Positions 23,076 to 36,400 of a stretch of 64,000 nucleotides of DNA are shown here, piece after piece. Position numbers and translations under genes: made by a program. This DNA is from Octopus sinensis. Taxonomy: Eukaryota. Position 1 is the stretch's first letter. Every line of letters starts with the position of its first letter. The stretch is from positions 83,948,001 through 84,012,000 of the forward strand of contig NC_042998.1 in assembly GCF_006345805.1 (NCBI RefSeq). The letters are read 5' to 3'. The notes below the pieces were generated by a model. That model was not told where the DNA came from. It saw only the letters and a list, made by a program, of their open reading frames with translations, and searched no databases.

Positions 23076-25899
23076 CTCTTTGAAAAAGTGACATAACTTT
23101 ATCAATCTACATCTGAACTGGAAATCATGAATACGGAATGAAACCTGAGATGAAAAAAAATTATCAAAATTTTATCTTGAATAAGGTAATAAATCATGCA
23201 GCCTTGGTTTATAAATTTCTGGCCTTGTGCCAAAATTTGAAACCATTTTTACTATTACCACTAAGGTGGGTAGTTGGCAGACTCGTTAACGCGCTGAACA
23301 AAATGCATAGTGGCATTTCGTCCGTTTTCTTGTTCTGAGTTCACATTCTGCCAAGCATTCTTTCGGGGCCGATAACATAAGTACCAAATGAGCAATGGAA
23401 TCCTTGTAATCAATTAATTCCCACCCTCCACAATTTCAGGTCTTGCGTCTACAGAAGAAAGGTTTATTACTGTTACTATTAAATAAGTTACAACTTTCAA
23501 ATGCCAATTGTGCTGTACACTATACGTAATGTACAAACACTCAAATACACACAAATACACACACCATACATACACACATACAGAAAAGATAATAGAAAAT
23601 TATTTCATTAAAAAATTAGTTCTTATTTTAAAATTAGAAGTTGTAAGAAAATGTATTCGAGACTAAGTGTCGATATATTTCTCTTGATTTCCTCATTAAA
23701 AAGAAAACGATAATTAATTTGAAAATATATTTAATTTCGAGAAACATAAAGCAGAAAGGCTTACAGAACAGATGAATCGTACAAAGACGAGGAGAGTGGT
23801 GAAACACATTATAGAAAATATTAATGAACAAATTAAATTTATAAATTACAGATGCAAGGAATAAATAAAATATATGAAAATCAAATGCGGTGAATAACTT
23901 ATATAATTACAGGAAATAAAACATGAAAAGTATTTTCGTTCATGCACGATAGGAAAAAACCACTGGGTAGGTCCAGTTAAAGATATCCACGTCTCTACTC
24001 GTCTCTCATTATTGTCATGTGTCCATAAAGACACCCGTTGACATTTTTTAGTCAGTTGGGATAAACACCCATATCTCCACGGTAGGATTCAGCTCGTTAT
24101 GACACATTTTTCTTTTGTTTTTACCAACACCTGTCTTTTGCGTAATTCTTAATGTTCCAAACGCAACCGCGATTCTGTTATTTTCACCTTATCGGAATAT
24201 CCATGGCACCATAGACAACGGTATTTTACCTATCAGTTATCGGTTTGATTTCCACAAGACGGAAATCTCAGTTCCTCTTCCTCTTCATTATAATGAAGAG
24301 ATGTATCATTGTTGTTTTGAGAAGATTGTTCCTCCCTACCTGTTTCAGTTGTATTGTTTTTCTATTTACCTGATTTATTTCTTTTCTTTTCCCTTATCTA
24401 TTTCCCCTGACACTTTACATACTTCCCTCTGCAGTCATTATCTCTTTCTTGTCACACGATGATAAAGTGGGGCAATTGGTTGTTACTGTTAAAGAGACGA
24501 GATGTCTGCCAGCTTGTTCCTAGATCGAATAAGAGGAAATTATAATTTTTCTGCTTTTGAAATGAAATAGTTTTCAAGTAACTTCGTGTGTGTGCATGTA
24601 TGTTCGTTAGCGTCCGACGCATTTAAAAGTTTTAACTTGCTTGATAGTAATAACAACCATAATTCTTTATAATTGTGGCACAAGGCCACCAATTTTATGG
24701 AATAGTGGGTTGAAACAACTATGAAAGGCAAAGTCGACCTCGGCGGAATTTGAACTTAGAACGTACCGAACCAAAAGTGCCGATAAGTATTTTGCCCGAC
24801 TACCAACGATTCTGCCAGCTTACAACCTTAAGTAAAATCAATAAAAGTAGTTTCAAATTTTGGCACAGGGCCAGCAGTTTTTGGAGGGAACAGGGAGTCG
24901 AGTACATAACTGGTATTTGTTTTATCGGCCTCGAAAGGATGAAAGACAAAGTCAACCTCGATGGCAGAATTTGAGCTCAGAACACAAAGAGGGACGAAAT
25001 ACTGCTAAGCATTTTGTATGGTGTGCAAACAACGGTTCAGCCAGCAAGACACCTTTGTATTAGCAGCTGTTATGATTTCTAATTTAAATACATAATCACG
25101 ACTTTTTATAGACAGCATATACTTCGTTAATTCTATCCCATAATTTAACAAGTATTTATTTTATCAACCTAGGAAGAATGATAGGGAAACTGACAATGGC
25201 GGGGATTGATCGCTGAGGTTAATTGACGTAACTCAGACCCACCGAATATTTTGTTCTGTGCTCTGTGGATAAATTAACATGTCATCAATTATCCTTTTTA
25301 ACACTGGGACACAGTAAAAAAAATCGCCTGAACACAAGTAGCTGAATAATACTTAATACGTTGACCTTAATTATTGCCAGTGCAGCATATCATTCTGATG
25401 AACGCCATGAGTTTGACATAAATGCATTTTATTTTATGGATGCAGAAGTTCTAAATACATAAGTAATCAATTCTAATTTACATATTGACAATTTACAAAT
25501 ATTTAGACTTTAGGATGTTACGACATACGAATCATATGTCAATAAATCATTGCATTATCTTTTATATATTTTTAATTATGTTCAAACATTTCTTTTTCTC
25601 TCTAGTTTCAGCTCAGAGCTGCGGCTATGCTGATACACCACCGTTTTCCTACACTGTTGTTACTAACAGCCTCCTCCAATATATGGCACTTGGTGAAGAA
25701 TGGAGTTTGATATAGCTACCCCCATTTGCACCTCTTGCCGTGAGGTAGGTTCATCTGGGACTCTCTACAGGAAGAGGTCCAGCTTTGATTTAAAAACCCC
25801 TACATCTACTTTGTGCAAGTTCCTCAGACTCTTTGGGAGAATATTAAAAAGCTGTGGGCCCTTGAAACCCAGGCTGTTGCAGTAACTGGTCCTGAAGCG

Positions 25900-27245
25900 T
25901 GATGGCATTGTTGGGGCCTTTGGCACTATGTAGTGTCATCCTGTTCTGGCATTGGTGTAGCTTTCAATGCCAACATTTGGCACAGTTCCTTCCAGGATCT
26001 TCCAGATATATATTACTGCATACCTCACCGGTATTCTCTCCAGGGAGTAGAGTCTTAGCTGTTTCAACCTTTTCCAGTAGCTGAGCTGTTGCAAAGAGAC
26101 GATCTTTTTTGTGAATCTGCTCTGGATTGCTTCAAGGTCCGCTGTTAATTTCACACTGGTGGGTGACCATAGATGTGAGTAGTAATCCGGGTGGCTGAGG
26201 ACGAATCATGGTTTCCTTATCTCTGGTTCTGAATGTTCTTAGGATCCATCCATTCGTCTGCACTTTGTCGCCATCCTGGTAATGTGCACTTGGAAAGAGG
26301 TTTCATCACTCATGTCCCTCACTGACTTAGGCTCTGGGATTGAAATTCCCTGTGGACTGGTGTACCCTGTAAGTTTCATATTCGGTTTTGGATGATGGTA
26401 GTGCAGGGCTTGGAATTTTTCAGCATTAAACTGCATATTATTATCCTCAGCCCATCTGTAAATTTAGTCCAATTCCTGCTGCAGGTGTGCAACTTCGCTG
26501 GTGTTCTGTATTTTCTGCGAGACTTTCGTATCATCTGCATAGCTTGCAAGGGTGGCTATCCGGGCATTTGAGGGCATATCTGAGAGGGTTACTATAAAAA
26601 ACAGTGGTTCCAAGAGAGTGCCCTGTGGAACACCGCTCACTATTTGTGTGTTCGTAGAGGTGGCTCCATTAACCACTACTGCCTGACTCCTATCTTTCAG
26701 AAAATCATATAACCATTCTCCAAGTTTTCCAGCTATGCCAAGGTCACGCAGTTTGTGGCATATAATACCATGATCCACCTTGTCAAAAGCTTTTGCAAAT
26801 TCAAGGTATATTACGTCCACATTTGACTTGTTGAGTAACTGCCTCAACACCCAGTCATAATGTTCTAAGAGCTGGGTCAGACAGCTTCTACCTGGTCGAA
26901 AACCATGCTGGTATCACTCAGCAAGTAATTTTCTTCAAGGAAAGTGATTAGTTTCCCTCTGACTATCCGTTCTATGACTTTGCTGATGTGTGAAATCAAA
27001 GAGATAGGCCTATAATTTTTGGCTTCTGTTCTACTTCCCCCTTTATGTATTGGGCATATCATTCCCTCCTTCAGCTTGCTTGGCAGTTTGCCATTTGAAA
27101 GAAAGCTCTGGAAGAGAATCTGGAGGGGTTTTGCCAGGGCATGCTTACACGATTTGAGAAGGATTGCAGGAAAACCATCAGGACCAGCAGTTGAGTTTGT
27201 GTCCACTTCATCTATGGCTAGTAGTATATCTTCTTCGCTAATGTC
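25900..27245 (-). pseudogene. LINE reverse transcriptase, frameshifted
   Basis: STAGPDGFPAILLK, KNYRPISLISHISKVIERIV, LEFAKAFDKVDH, SGVPQGTLLEPLFF, SYADDTK, IQSRFTK and LYSLERI. Confidence 0.92.
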
Positions 27246-27560
27246 CGGTAGGCAATATGTATTGCATATGACTATATATTATGTTGCCTTATGTATACAA
27301 TTAGAGTGTCACATACCGATTTTGAGTATGACAGTAAGACCTGGGGTGTGATGTCATCACAGATGTATACAGCAACTCCACCATGGCTCCTTTCCCTTCT
27401 GTCTGTATGCAGTATGGCATAGGTTGGTACGTGTACTTCTGCATCCACTATATCAGGGCTGAGGTGAGTTTCCACGAGTGCTATGCATAGGGCTTGATTG
27501 CATGCAGTAAGATCTCTCAGGAAAGAAATTTTGTTTTTATTATGATGCAACAGACCCCCA
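27245..27560 (-). pseudogene. N-terminal half of an APE endonuclease
   Basis: IALVETHLSPDI, DRRERSHGGVAVYI and VICNTYCLP (degenerate YRPP). Confidence 0.85.
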
Positions 27561-27609
27561 ATAGTTAGTAAAAGTATTGGGGTGACGACTGTGCAGGCGT
27601 TAGGGGAGG

Positions 27610-28071
27610 CTATCCTGTGTCTGTTGACTGTGGTGGTCTTGCATAGTGGTGGGCAATGTTCCTTGTTTGTGCTTGGTGTGGCCAGGTCAGCTGCTGTTCA
27701 ATCCTTTGCGCCATGCACAAAAACGACTCTTGCTCAGCGGCTGCGTTGCGCAGAACATCTGAGGAACACATTTCTTTTCTGAATGTTTTCCTTGGAGTCA
27801 TTTGTTGTCTTTCTTCAGTGAAGTTTTTCTCTTTAAGGCCCCTGTAGTTCTGGCGGGGTGTTGGGTGGGCAAACCGGAAGTTTTTGCCGTCCTCCCCATG
27901 CCAACATTTGCCTTGCAGGTAAAATTTGCAAGTTCTTGGGTGCTTTCCGAATTTCTTCTTTCCTGTAGGGTTGTGGATGGCATTGGATCCTCCATGGGGT
28001 TTTCTATTGTTTGTTTGGTGGGTTGGGGTTTCGGTTTTGGTTGTTTTGCCCTTTCCTTTTTCTTCTTTTCT
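27610..28071 (-). pseudogene. LINE ORF1 remnant with degenerate CCCH zinc finger
   Basis: Stop-free frame containing TCKFYLQGKCWHGEDGKNFRFAH, with the third Cys read as Phe (TTC). Lys-rich N-terminal part. Confidence 0.6.
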
Positions 28072-28187
28072 TTATTTGTTTTTGTTTTCCGTCCTTCCTT
28101 TTCTTGTGGTAGGAACTTTTTTCTTCTAGTTTTCTAATGGGGTGAGAGCTCCGTTCCTTTGTAGGACACACACATACATGCAGACAA

Positions 28188-28233
<46 letters not shown>

Positions 28234-28451
28234 ATCTCTCTCCGGTTTGGACATAAATATCCGCTCTCAATGTCGTCCCAACTCAAATTGGTCTACTAAT
28301 TTTCCGGCATTGAATGGATGGATGAAATCCAAGCTGGTTTTCAATCAGAAATTTAAGCTAATAGGAGTGGATAGATACTATTTTAAACTTCCATGAAATT
28401 TTTAAAAGCCTATCAGCATTGTAATGTTTACTCATTATTCATTGCTTAATT

Positions 28452-29310
28452 CCTCTAGTTCACTGGTTTCTAGTTAAATACGTTCGCTGTTTTCTTCATT
28501 AATGCGCATAATTTTTGATTCGTCGCTGTTGACTTCCAATCCTAGTTTGGCAGGTATTGCTTCTAATTTTGACGTTTTATTTTGCATTTGGTTATATGTT
28601 TGTGAAAGTAGCGCTATATCATCTACAAATTCCAAATCTTCTGGAGCTTCCGCATCCGTCCATTCAATGCCTGTTTGGCTTTCAATCATAGTTTCCTTCA
28701 TAATCCAATCTATAACTAGTAGAAATAAAAAGTAGCCGAGTTTACGTATTCAGGTAGTAAGATAACGTTTTCAGGCGGCACCGACTAAGATATTAAGACG
28801 AGAATAAGTAAGGCAAGGACCGCTTTTCACCTGTAATTTCAATAAAGAACAAAATAATAATTTTTAACACTAACGTAAAAGTGGTGTTATTGTATGGGGC
28901 TGAGACATGGCGAACAACAGTTAAGTCAAATAAGCAAATACAATCATTCATCAACAGATGCTTGCGTAGTCTACTTAAAATTAGATGGCCCGAACACATA
29001 AGCAATATGGAGCTATGGCAAAGACTAAATCAAGTTTCGATTAGGGAGCAAATATTTAAGAAAAAGTGGAAGTGGATTAGTAGCACAATTAGAAAAGACA
29101 GCGAAAAGTGCTTCACAGTGGAAACCTGATGGATATAGAAACAGAGGCAGGCCTAAGACCTCGTGGCGGAGATCAACACAAAAAGAACTAGAGAAAGGGG
29201 AACATTCATGACAGAGTATAAGTAGAGAAGCCAAAAATTATGCGACATGGAATTCAACTACAAGTGGTCTATACTCCGCGTTGGGAGGGTTAAAGGCATA
29301 AAGAAAAGAA
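28452..29310 (+). mobile_element. 5'-truncated and 5'-inverted RTE-clade LINE with 11-bp TSD
   Basis: Minus piece FLFLLVIDWIMK..LEFVDDIALL..ELEE. Plus piece VAEFTYSGS..LLYGAETWRTT..IRWPEHISN. ATTGCTTAATT occurs at 28441-28451 and 29311-29321. Confidence 0.88.
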
Positions 29311-32300
29311 ATTGCTTAATTAACACACGTTTTCTGTTATTTCTTGCTGTTACAGAGAATATACTATGATTATATTTTCTCATGAGCTATGCAGGGGGGA
29401 TCGAAAGTGATTTATGACAAAAGAAAAAGACTAATTATTATTCACGAGAACAAAATATGCAATAAACACTGATAGAAAAATAAAACTTAAGGGGTATGTG
29501 CGCTGCTTGTGGTTCCACGGCAGCTGTAAATTGTCTGAACTGAAATTTATCGTCTGTAGCGATTAACACACTCTATACCAGAAAGATTTATTTAATGTTT
29601 TAAGTGCTTTAAATATTTAGCATATTAATGTAATGGGTTTTGTCGAGAGCTGGTTTGTCTTCTGTCGATGACACATATGACGATTTTTTTCTACATAACT
29701 TCTACACCGGAAAATATTTCACAAGCACCAAACAGAAACGCAATCTTTTTGGCAACCGAAAAGAAATTTTGTATACACATAAGAAAATTACTTAGAGTGT
29801 TCTGATTTCTTCTTATGTCTGTATTTGTTCTTTTTTTATTGTCTTACTTTCCTCTTATCTGGTTAATAAAATTTGGTCAATCAATATCCGAGCCCCGATT
29901 TAAACAACATTTAGTCAACTGACATTTGGAAAATATCTATATTTCAGTTATTTGCATTTTCTGTTATTTGTCTGTACTTTCTGAGACACAAAGGGATTTC
30001 ACTAGATTGTAAAGCACGTAGGAACGTAAACCAATGGGGGCGCTCCTCAGTCACCTCAGTCCACTAGAAATAGCAGCCTAGTGGTTCTCAAATCATAACT
30101 GCCCACACACAGCGTCTTAAAAGACAAACTAGATGTAGTCTTAGATGTGTTATATCCGAATGCTGACAAGGTGATTACGATTGGAATATCTTTGAGCATA
30201 TTCAATCAAGACTGACCTGGAACTAAAAGTATTTATGCAACTGTATAAGACAATGAATTATTAATAAAATTAGACAAAGCGGTCATAGCCGGAATGCTTT
30301 TTACCATGCCCGGTCAAGACTAGTCTGTTAACCATTTGTGAATTACAACACTCTACTTTCCACCGTGTTTGTATTCATAGTTTCATGTTTTGATACCTGT
30401 CGCTTTACTGGCAATAAGATGGTAAAATTCTAAATGTAAATTGGTTGACAATTTAAAATTCTACCTTAATATATAATATATTCAGTCTAAAAAGGTTTTG
30501 AGAGATTCGGAAACTTAACTTTACCATTACTGTCATTTTCAGAAAAATTGATGTTATATTAGGTGCTTTTTGGTTAAGAAACTTATTATCCTAAGTCTTA
30601 ATAATTTTTTAATACTGCTTAACTAAAGGCGTTTACTTTTAATATATTTTATTTCATATTTTTCTAACTCATTGTAAAATACATCGTACTATAGTTACAT
30701 TTACTTAGATGATATCTCCGTAAACAAGATTCCTGCTCAAAGTTCTGTCTTCACCACTGTGCCTTTCGAGTTGATTGATATACCTCAAGGAGACTTGACT
30801 GATATACCTCGCAGATCGAGAAACCACATCAAAGTTTTATGAATGTCTATGCTAGCAATATGATTGTCATTTCAATCATAATTTTTCTGTGAGTTATACG
30901 ACGCCATTTCAATCCTAATTTTTCAACGCAAAAAATTAAAGGGAGATAATGAATTTGAGGCTCTTTTGCGCCATATTTCGTTTGAGAATTTAAAATTTTT
31001 ATTATGACCTCAGAATTTGACGATTTCGCTTACGTCTTCATATCTTCAATGTTTCCGCAAATACTGACGTTGGATCCATAGACAGCCTTGTCTATAATCT
31101 GTATGACATTGAGATATTTCTCCGACTTAGTGATAGGTAAGTATCTGATTGCACACACACACACACACAGTAACATGCATCTTGATAACTAACGGCACTC
31201 GTGTGGTTGGGCTTTATGTAAATTACAGTTGGGAAACATAGTAGTTGGACAGGACTGAGTGAGCTAAATCCATTTTCTCTTTCGTTTTGCCTTTCTCATA
31301 TTGACATCATTAGGCGAAATATAAATCACCTAATGTTGAAAAACTGATCTTCCTATTCCTGTGTGATATCCAATTGAATCATAATGCTGCTAGCACAAAC
31401 CTTATTTCCCTTACATTGCATATGTGGATTCAATTAATAGATTGCATAAATCCAACTTATTTTATTCCGATTCTCCAAATAAAATCCTTGAAAAATCAAC
31501 TTGATGTGAAGATAGTATGTGACAGACGAACGGACGGACGGACGGATGCACAGAAAAACTCGGCTCTTATTGTAATATACATTGTAATTATTATAAGCTG
31601 TTGAAGATAATATTTGGTATTAATGAGAAAATAAACACAAAGATAGAAAAGAAGCACAAATTAATATTTGTTTTTAAATGGTATATCTGCGTTTATGAAT
31701 TATTGGAACACGAAACACTTCAACATCCTGTGTTTATTCATTTCAACCAATATAAGTTTTAATCATCAATACTTCGGATGTTTAGATTCGATATAAAAAT
31801 ATACACTATCGTCGAAATTATAATAATTGTAATTATTGGAGGAATAGATTCATATGATTTCTGAAGTATTTATTTTTCTATTATTATTATTTTTTGAGCC
31901 CTAGGCCTCATGAAGCTGGTTCTCCGGTGTCCACGTGAACAAGATCATAACATTCACTCTGTACGGGACAATAATCCGTTGCAGGAATCGAGACAAGCAA
32001 TTTTTGTGAGAGGGGGTGGTCGGTTATATCGACCACACTAGTTGACTGGCATATTATTTTATCAACTCCGGAGGGATGACAAGGGACGTTGTTCTCGGTG
32101 GAATTTGAACTCAGAACGTACAGATCCAAAAGAAATCCCGCTAAGCATTTTGTCAGACGTGCTAATGATTCTGCTAGATGGCACCGCCGTTGTGAAGTAT
32201 TCCCTTAAACATTTTGGATTAAAATGTGTGGTTAAGAAGCTCGCTTTATGTAAATTAACATAATTTCGAGGTTCAATCCTATTACCTGGCACCTCGGGTA

Positions 32301-33351
32301 TCTTCTACAACTCTGGGCCTTGTGAGAGAATCTGGTAGATAAGATGTGTGCGGAAACCCGTCGTCTGTGCGTTCAGGCGTGTATGGGTGTGTGTGTGAAC
32401 GCGTGTGTGTGATTAACTTTGTTTATGTCCCCATCACCGCTTCACAACCAGTTATAGTTTGTTTATGTCACCGTGCATTAGCGATTTCGGATAAGAGACA
32501 GACAATACTTATCAGGGTTTAAAAGATAAGTACTGGGGGAGATCTGTTCGACTAAACTCCTCAAGAAGCATGGCTGCAGTCCGATGACTGGCACAAGTAA
32601 AGAACAAAAGATAAACGATTTCGAAATGGCGGAATTACAATGTTTTGTTTCACGCTTTCGGTTAGCGGGGGTGGGCGATGTCTGCAGTTTCCAACTATAA
32701 ATACATCTTTATAATCAATCGTTAGTTTACTCATTGAAGAGTTACCTAAGTGAAATATAAGATATAAATTAGAAAATATATATATCAGTGGTAGATAATC
32801 GATAGAATTTATAGGGGAGCAACTATAAAATATATCACAAACATAAAGAATACAACAAACACGGAGTAGCACTATTTGTTTGGTTAAGGTTTTTATGCTT
32901 ACTGCATGAAATCTGTTATCACTAACTTGATTATAGCTTTCATGCAAATGTCATTGCTAGGTTGCTTTCACTTCGAAACTTTCCGAATGTACCATTTGTA
33001 CTTGCGAGACTTAACCCAAATCGAAAAAAGGGCTTGAACATAAATATGCACATAGAAAAAACTGACTTCTTGGCATGTATTGTAACACTAATGGTCGATT
33101 TCGTTCAATAACAAGGTGCAGCAAAAACACCCCAAAGAGACGGAAGTAAATGTTATTGAAATAATATTGTAATAAAGTTAACGTTAAGGGATACAATTTA
33201 TTTCATTTGGATCGGAAAATGATTTCCTCCAAATGGCAGCTTTAAATGGTGATACCCTGTTGCACTCAATTTCTGAAGCTTTCCATCTCACGACGGATAT
33301 GAGGTTTTTCTGTGACATCTTGAAAATTTTAAATATTCTAGATTATGCAGT

Positions 33352-33600
33352 GGAGGCGGGGTGGTCTAGAACTTAGTATGTTGCACCCATGAGCGCAAGA
33401 TCTTGGTTTCGATTCCAGGACTGGGAAGTGCATTGTGTATTTGAGCAAAACACTTCATTCCAAGTCGCGTTGCAATTACTTTGACAACTAATATGTGGCA
33501 TACTATGCATCAGAGCAGGCGATGTCCCTTTGACGGAGAGACCGAGCTAATGTACAGCACAAATATTTGATCACTATAAACAAATCGTTTGTGTAGATTG
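33352..33600 (+). mobile_element. tRNA-derived SINE, diverged
   Basis: GTGGAGGCGGGGTGGTCTAG head, GGTTTCGATTCC B box, and TTGAGCAAAACACTT. Confidence 0.5.
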
Positions 33601-34655
33601 TTCAGCAGATTCTACAACTTAAGTCTATCTTCTTGTCTTTCTTCGATGTCTCTATTCAATTTAATAAATTTCTAGAAATGAACTCTTTTCCTAATGTCGC
33701 CACTAGTTTTATCCAATACGCACGTTGAATAGATTGTACTTTCCATAGGTGGAATTTTCTTTGAAATTCTTCGAAAGTCCTTGAACTCGATATTTTTAAG
33801 AGTTTACCTTCTTAACTCGCTATCTTTGCATCAAACACGTTTGTTTTGTAAGCTAACTGTAGTCAAAGGAATATCAGCAGAAAACTGTAGACATTTTAGT
33901 AAACAAGAATTTTTTTTATTCAAATGAGAAAAGGAACTTGAAGTTGTTTCCTATAGTATTTTGTTGTATTATTTAAGTATTGAGCAACTATTTCCATAGT
34001 ACAAACATTTCTATCATTTTCAGTCTTCTTTTTCGTTTCTTCATTTTTTCTTTCTCCACCATCTTCTGCTACGGTTTATTTCTTTCGATAGCTTGCATAT
34101 AAACGTACGAGTTTATTTCCCTTCAATTTGTACGTGTTTTCTTTACTCCTCCCTATTCTTTAAACTGAATACTAAAATATTTATTTTCCTTCTCTTCCCT
34201 ACGCTGTTTTCAAACTTTTATCTATTCAGTATCTAAATCGTGTACGCATTATAATGGTAGTGCTTCCAGAGATATATAGCAACAGTGTCTGTTTTCTGTA
34301 TTCAACTCTTCTTTCTGTTTCTTTTTCAATTTCGTTGGCATTTTTTTTTTCACCTCGCCAATATTTTTCCCTTTCAAATTTTCGCCTTTTTCTTATACGA
34401 TGGTACATGATTTTATTGTTTATTTCTCTATTCTTTCCAAACTACATAGTTGCTTTACTGTTTCATATTATATTTTACTTTAGCTTTATCTTTATGGTAT
34501 ACTTTATCAACAATTGAATTTTAAACTTTAAATGTCAGAATCTTCGTACTTATGACGTGAGGAAATATGTGTGTGTGTGTGTGACTGTGTGTGTACGCGT
34601 GCGCATTTCCGCATGTTACATACACACACACACACACACCACACACACACACACA

Positions 34656-34716
<61 letters not shown>

Positions 34717-35126
34717 CATACATATATACATATATATATACATATATAAATATATATATACATACATATATATATACATACATACATATATATATACATA
34801 CATATATATGCACACACATACATATATATATACATACATACATACATACATATATATATACATACATACATATATATATACATATAATATATATATATAT
34901 ATATTATATATATATATATACGCACTAATACTCTCTCATACACACACACACACTCTTCTCATACACACACACACACTCTTATGTTGGAGCGAGGTCATTT
35001 AACCCTATTATCTCCCCTAATTTCGCTCTTGCGTCTCACGTTTGATCTTTGACTTCTGGCCGAAATCAGATCGCCATGTTGATTCGCTAGCCTCTGCACG
35101 CATTTTTTTCTCTCCTTCTTTCTGTA

Positions 35127-35164
35127 TCTTTCTGTTGAAGAGCGTAGGCTCGAAACGTTAAAGA
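35127..35164 (+). ncRNA. Minimal hammerhead-like motif, U6 variant
   Basis: TCTTT | CTGTTGA A | GAGC-gtag-GCTC | GAAAC GTT | AAAGA. Confidence 0.45.
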
Positions 35165-35360
35165 CTTGTTTTATTTATATTTCCTGAGCGCCATACTAAT
35201 ACAATTGTTTGTTTGTATTCCACCTGCCTTCGTCTTTTGTTTATTTCCGTAAACCTGCCTTCGTCTTTTGTTTATTTTCATAAAGTTTACCGTTATATAT
35301 ATATATATATACATGGCTGTGCATATATGTTCATGTGTGTATGTATGCATACTCACACAC

Positions 35361-35434
<74 letters not shown>

Positions 35435-35944
35435 CTAAAGGAAGGTGGAACTGTAATGTCAGTCCAGAAACCGGTCCACGTGAATCATAATACTTGAATG
35501 TATGCTGAGAGATTAACCCGCTTGCCTTCGGATGGTTGATTTCTGTAGTTATTATCAGTGTATTTTGGCGATTTAAATAAGAGTTTTGACTGTTATTTCT
35601 AGTAGGTAGACATACTTAGTATTCCTTTGATTAGTTCTAATCCTTCAGCTATTTAATGCTTTTTTAGTGGGGGCCTGCAATCGCCTATATTATTGATTCT
35701 GTCGTTATTATTTTTTTTAATTGTTACACTAGATGATAATAGGGTCAATAATATCTTCGCAAATATTTTTTCATGAATTATTTGCTCCGTATTGCAATAT
35801 ATGGATAAATATATGTGTGTATACATATATGTATATATAGGGAGAGGGGAAGAGATTTTGCATGTGTATATTTATATTTGAAAATTTATGTCGAACGAAT
35901 AAGGAAAAGAATACTTACTACACTTAAAATGTTTTGTTTATTTA

Positions 35945-36400
35945 AACTAAACAGGTTTCTCCCGACTTATGCTGCTGCAATCTTCAGGCGAGAACAGTTA
36001 CAACGCTTTGTGAGAGTTTATTTATAACCGTTGGTAGTGAAAGAGTTGTTTCTGTTAATTGATTTTGCTTGCTTCTTATTTGATTAACTGTCTTCTCTTG
36101 GTTCTCTTGAGTGAATGTTTTGTTTTGTAACCTAAAGTTTAATTCCGTTGAATAGGTTTTTTTAAGTGTGTGTTTGGGAGATATCTTTGTTTTTTGTTGT
36201 TTTCTTTATTGGGAGTGGAAGGAGTCTCATTGCTTATTCCAACAGGGCTTAAAGGGGAAATTGCTCAATTCATTAATTTGGTTATTTGCTAAATGTGTGT
36301 GTTAAAATCATTCTGAATTACTTAAGAATGGGAGCAGATTATTGTTTTATCAATGTGTTTCCTTCATTAGAAAATGATATTTCCTGAAACTTTTACCGTC
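35945..36400 (-). mobile_element. Decayed Penelope-like fragment
   Basis: The minus frame ISPKHTLKKPIQ..LGYKTKHSLKR resembles the PLE thumb region. It ends in a degraded CTGAAGA..GAAAC motif at about 35953-35987. Confidence 0.35.

Larger units (their letters stand above)
25591..28140 (-). mobile_element. CR1-group LINE, near full span but internally deleted
   Basis: ORF1 remnant, partial APE endonuclease, RT, 3' UTR and purine-rich tail are collinear on the minus strand. Confidence 0.9.

Noticed and set aside
33240-33900. Peptides MSQKNLISVVRWKASEIEC and TFEEFQRKFHLW on the minus strand
   Set aside because: Possibly decayed L1/Tx1 fragments or chance. They could not be joined in phase with other candidate exons into a recognisable protein.
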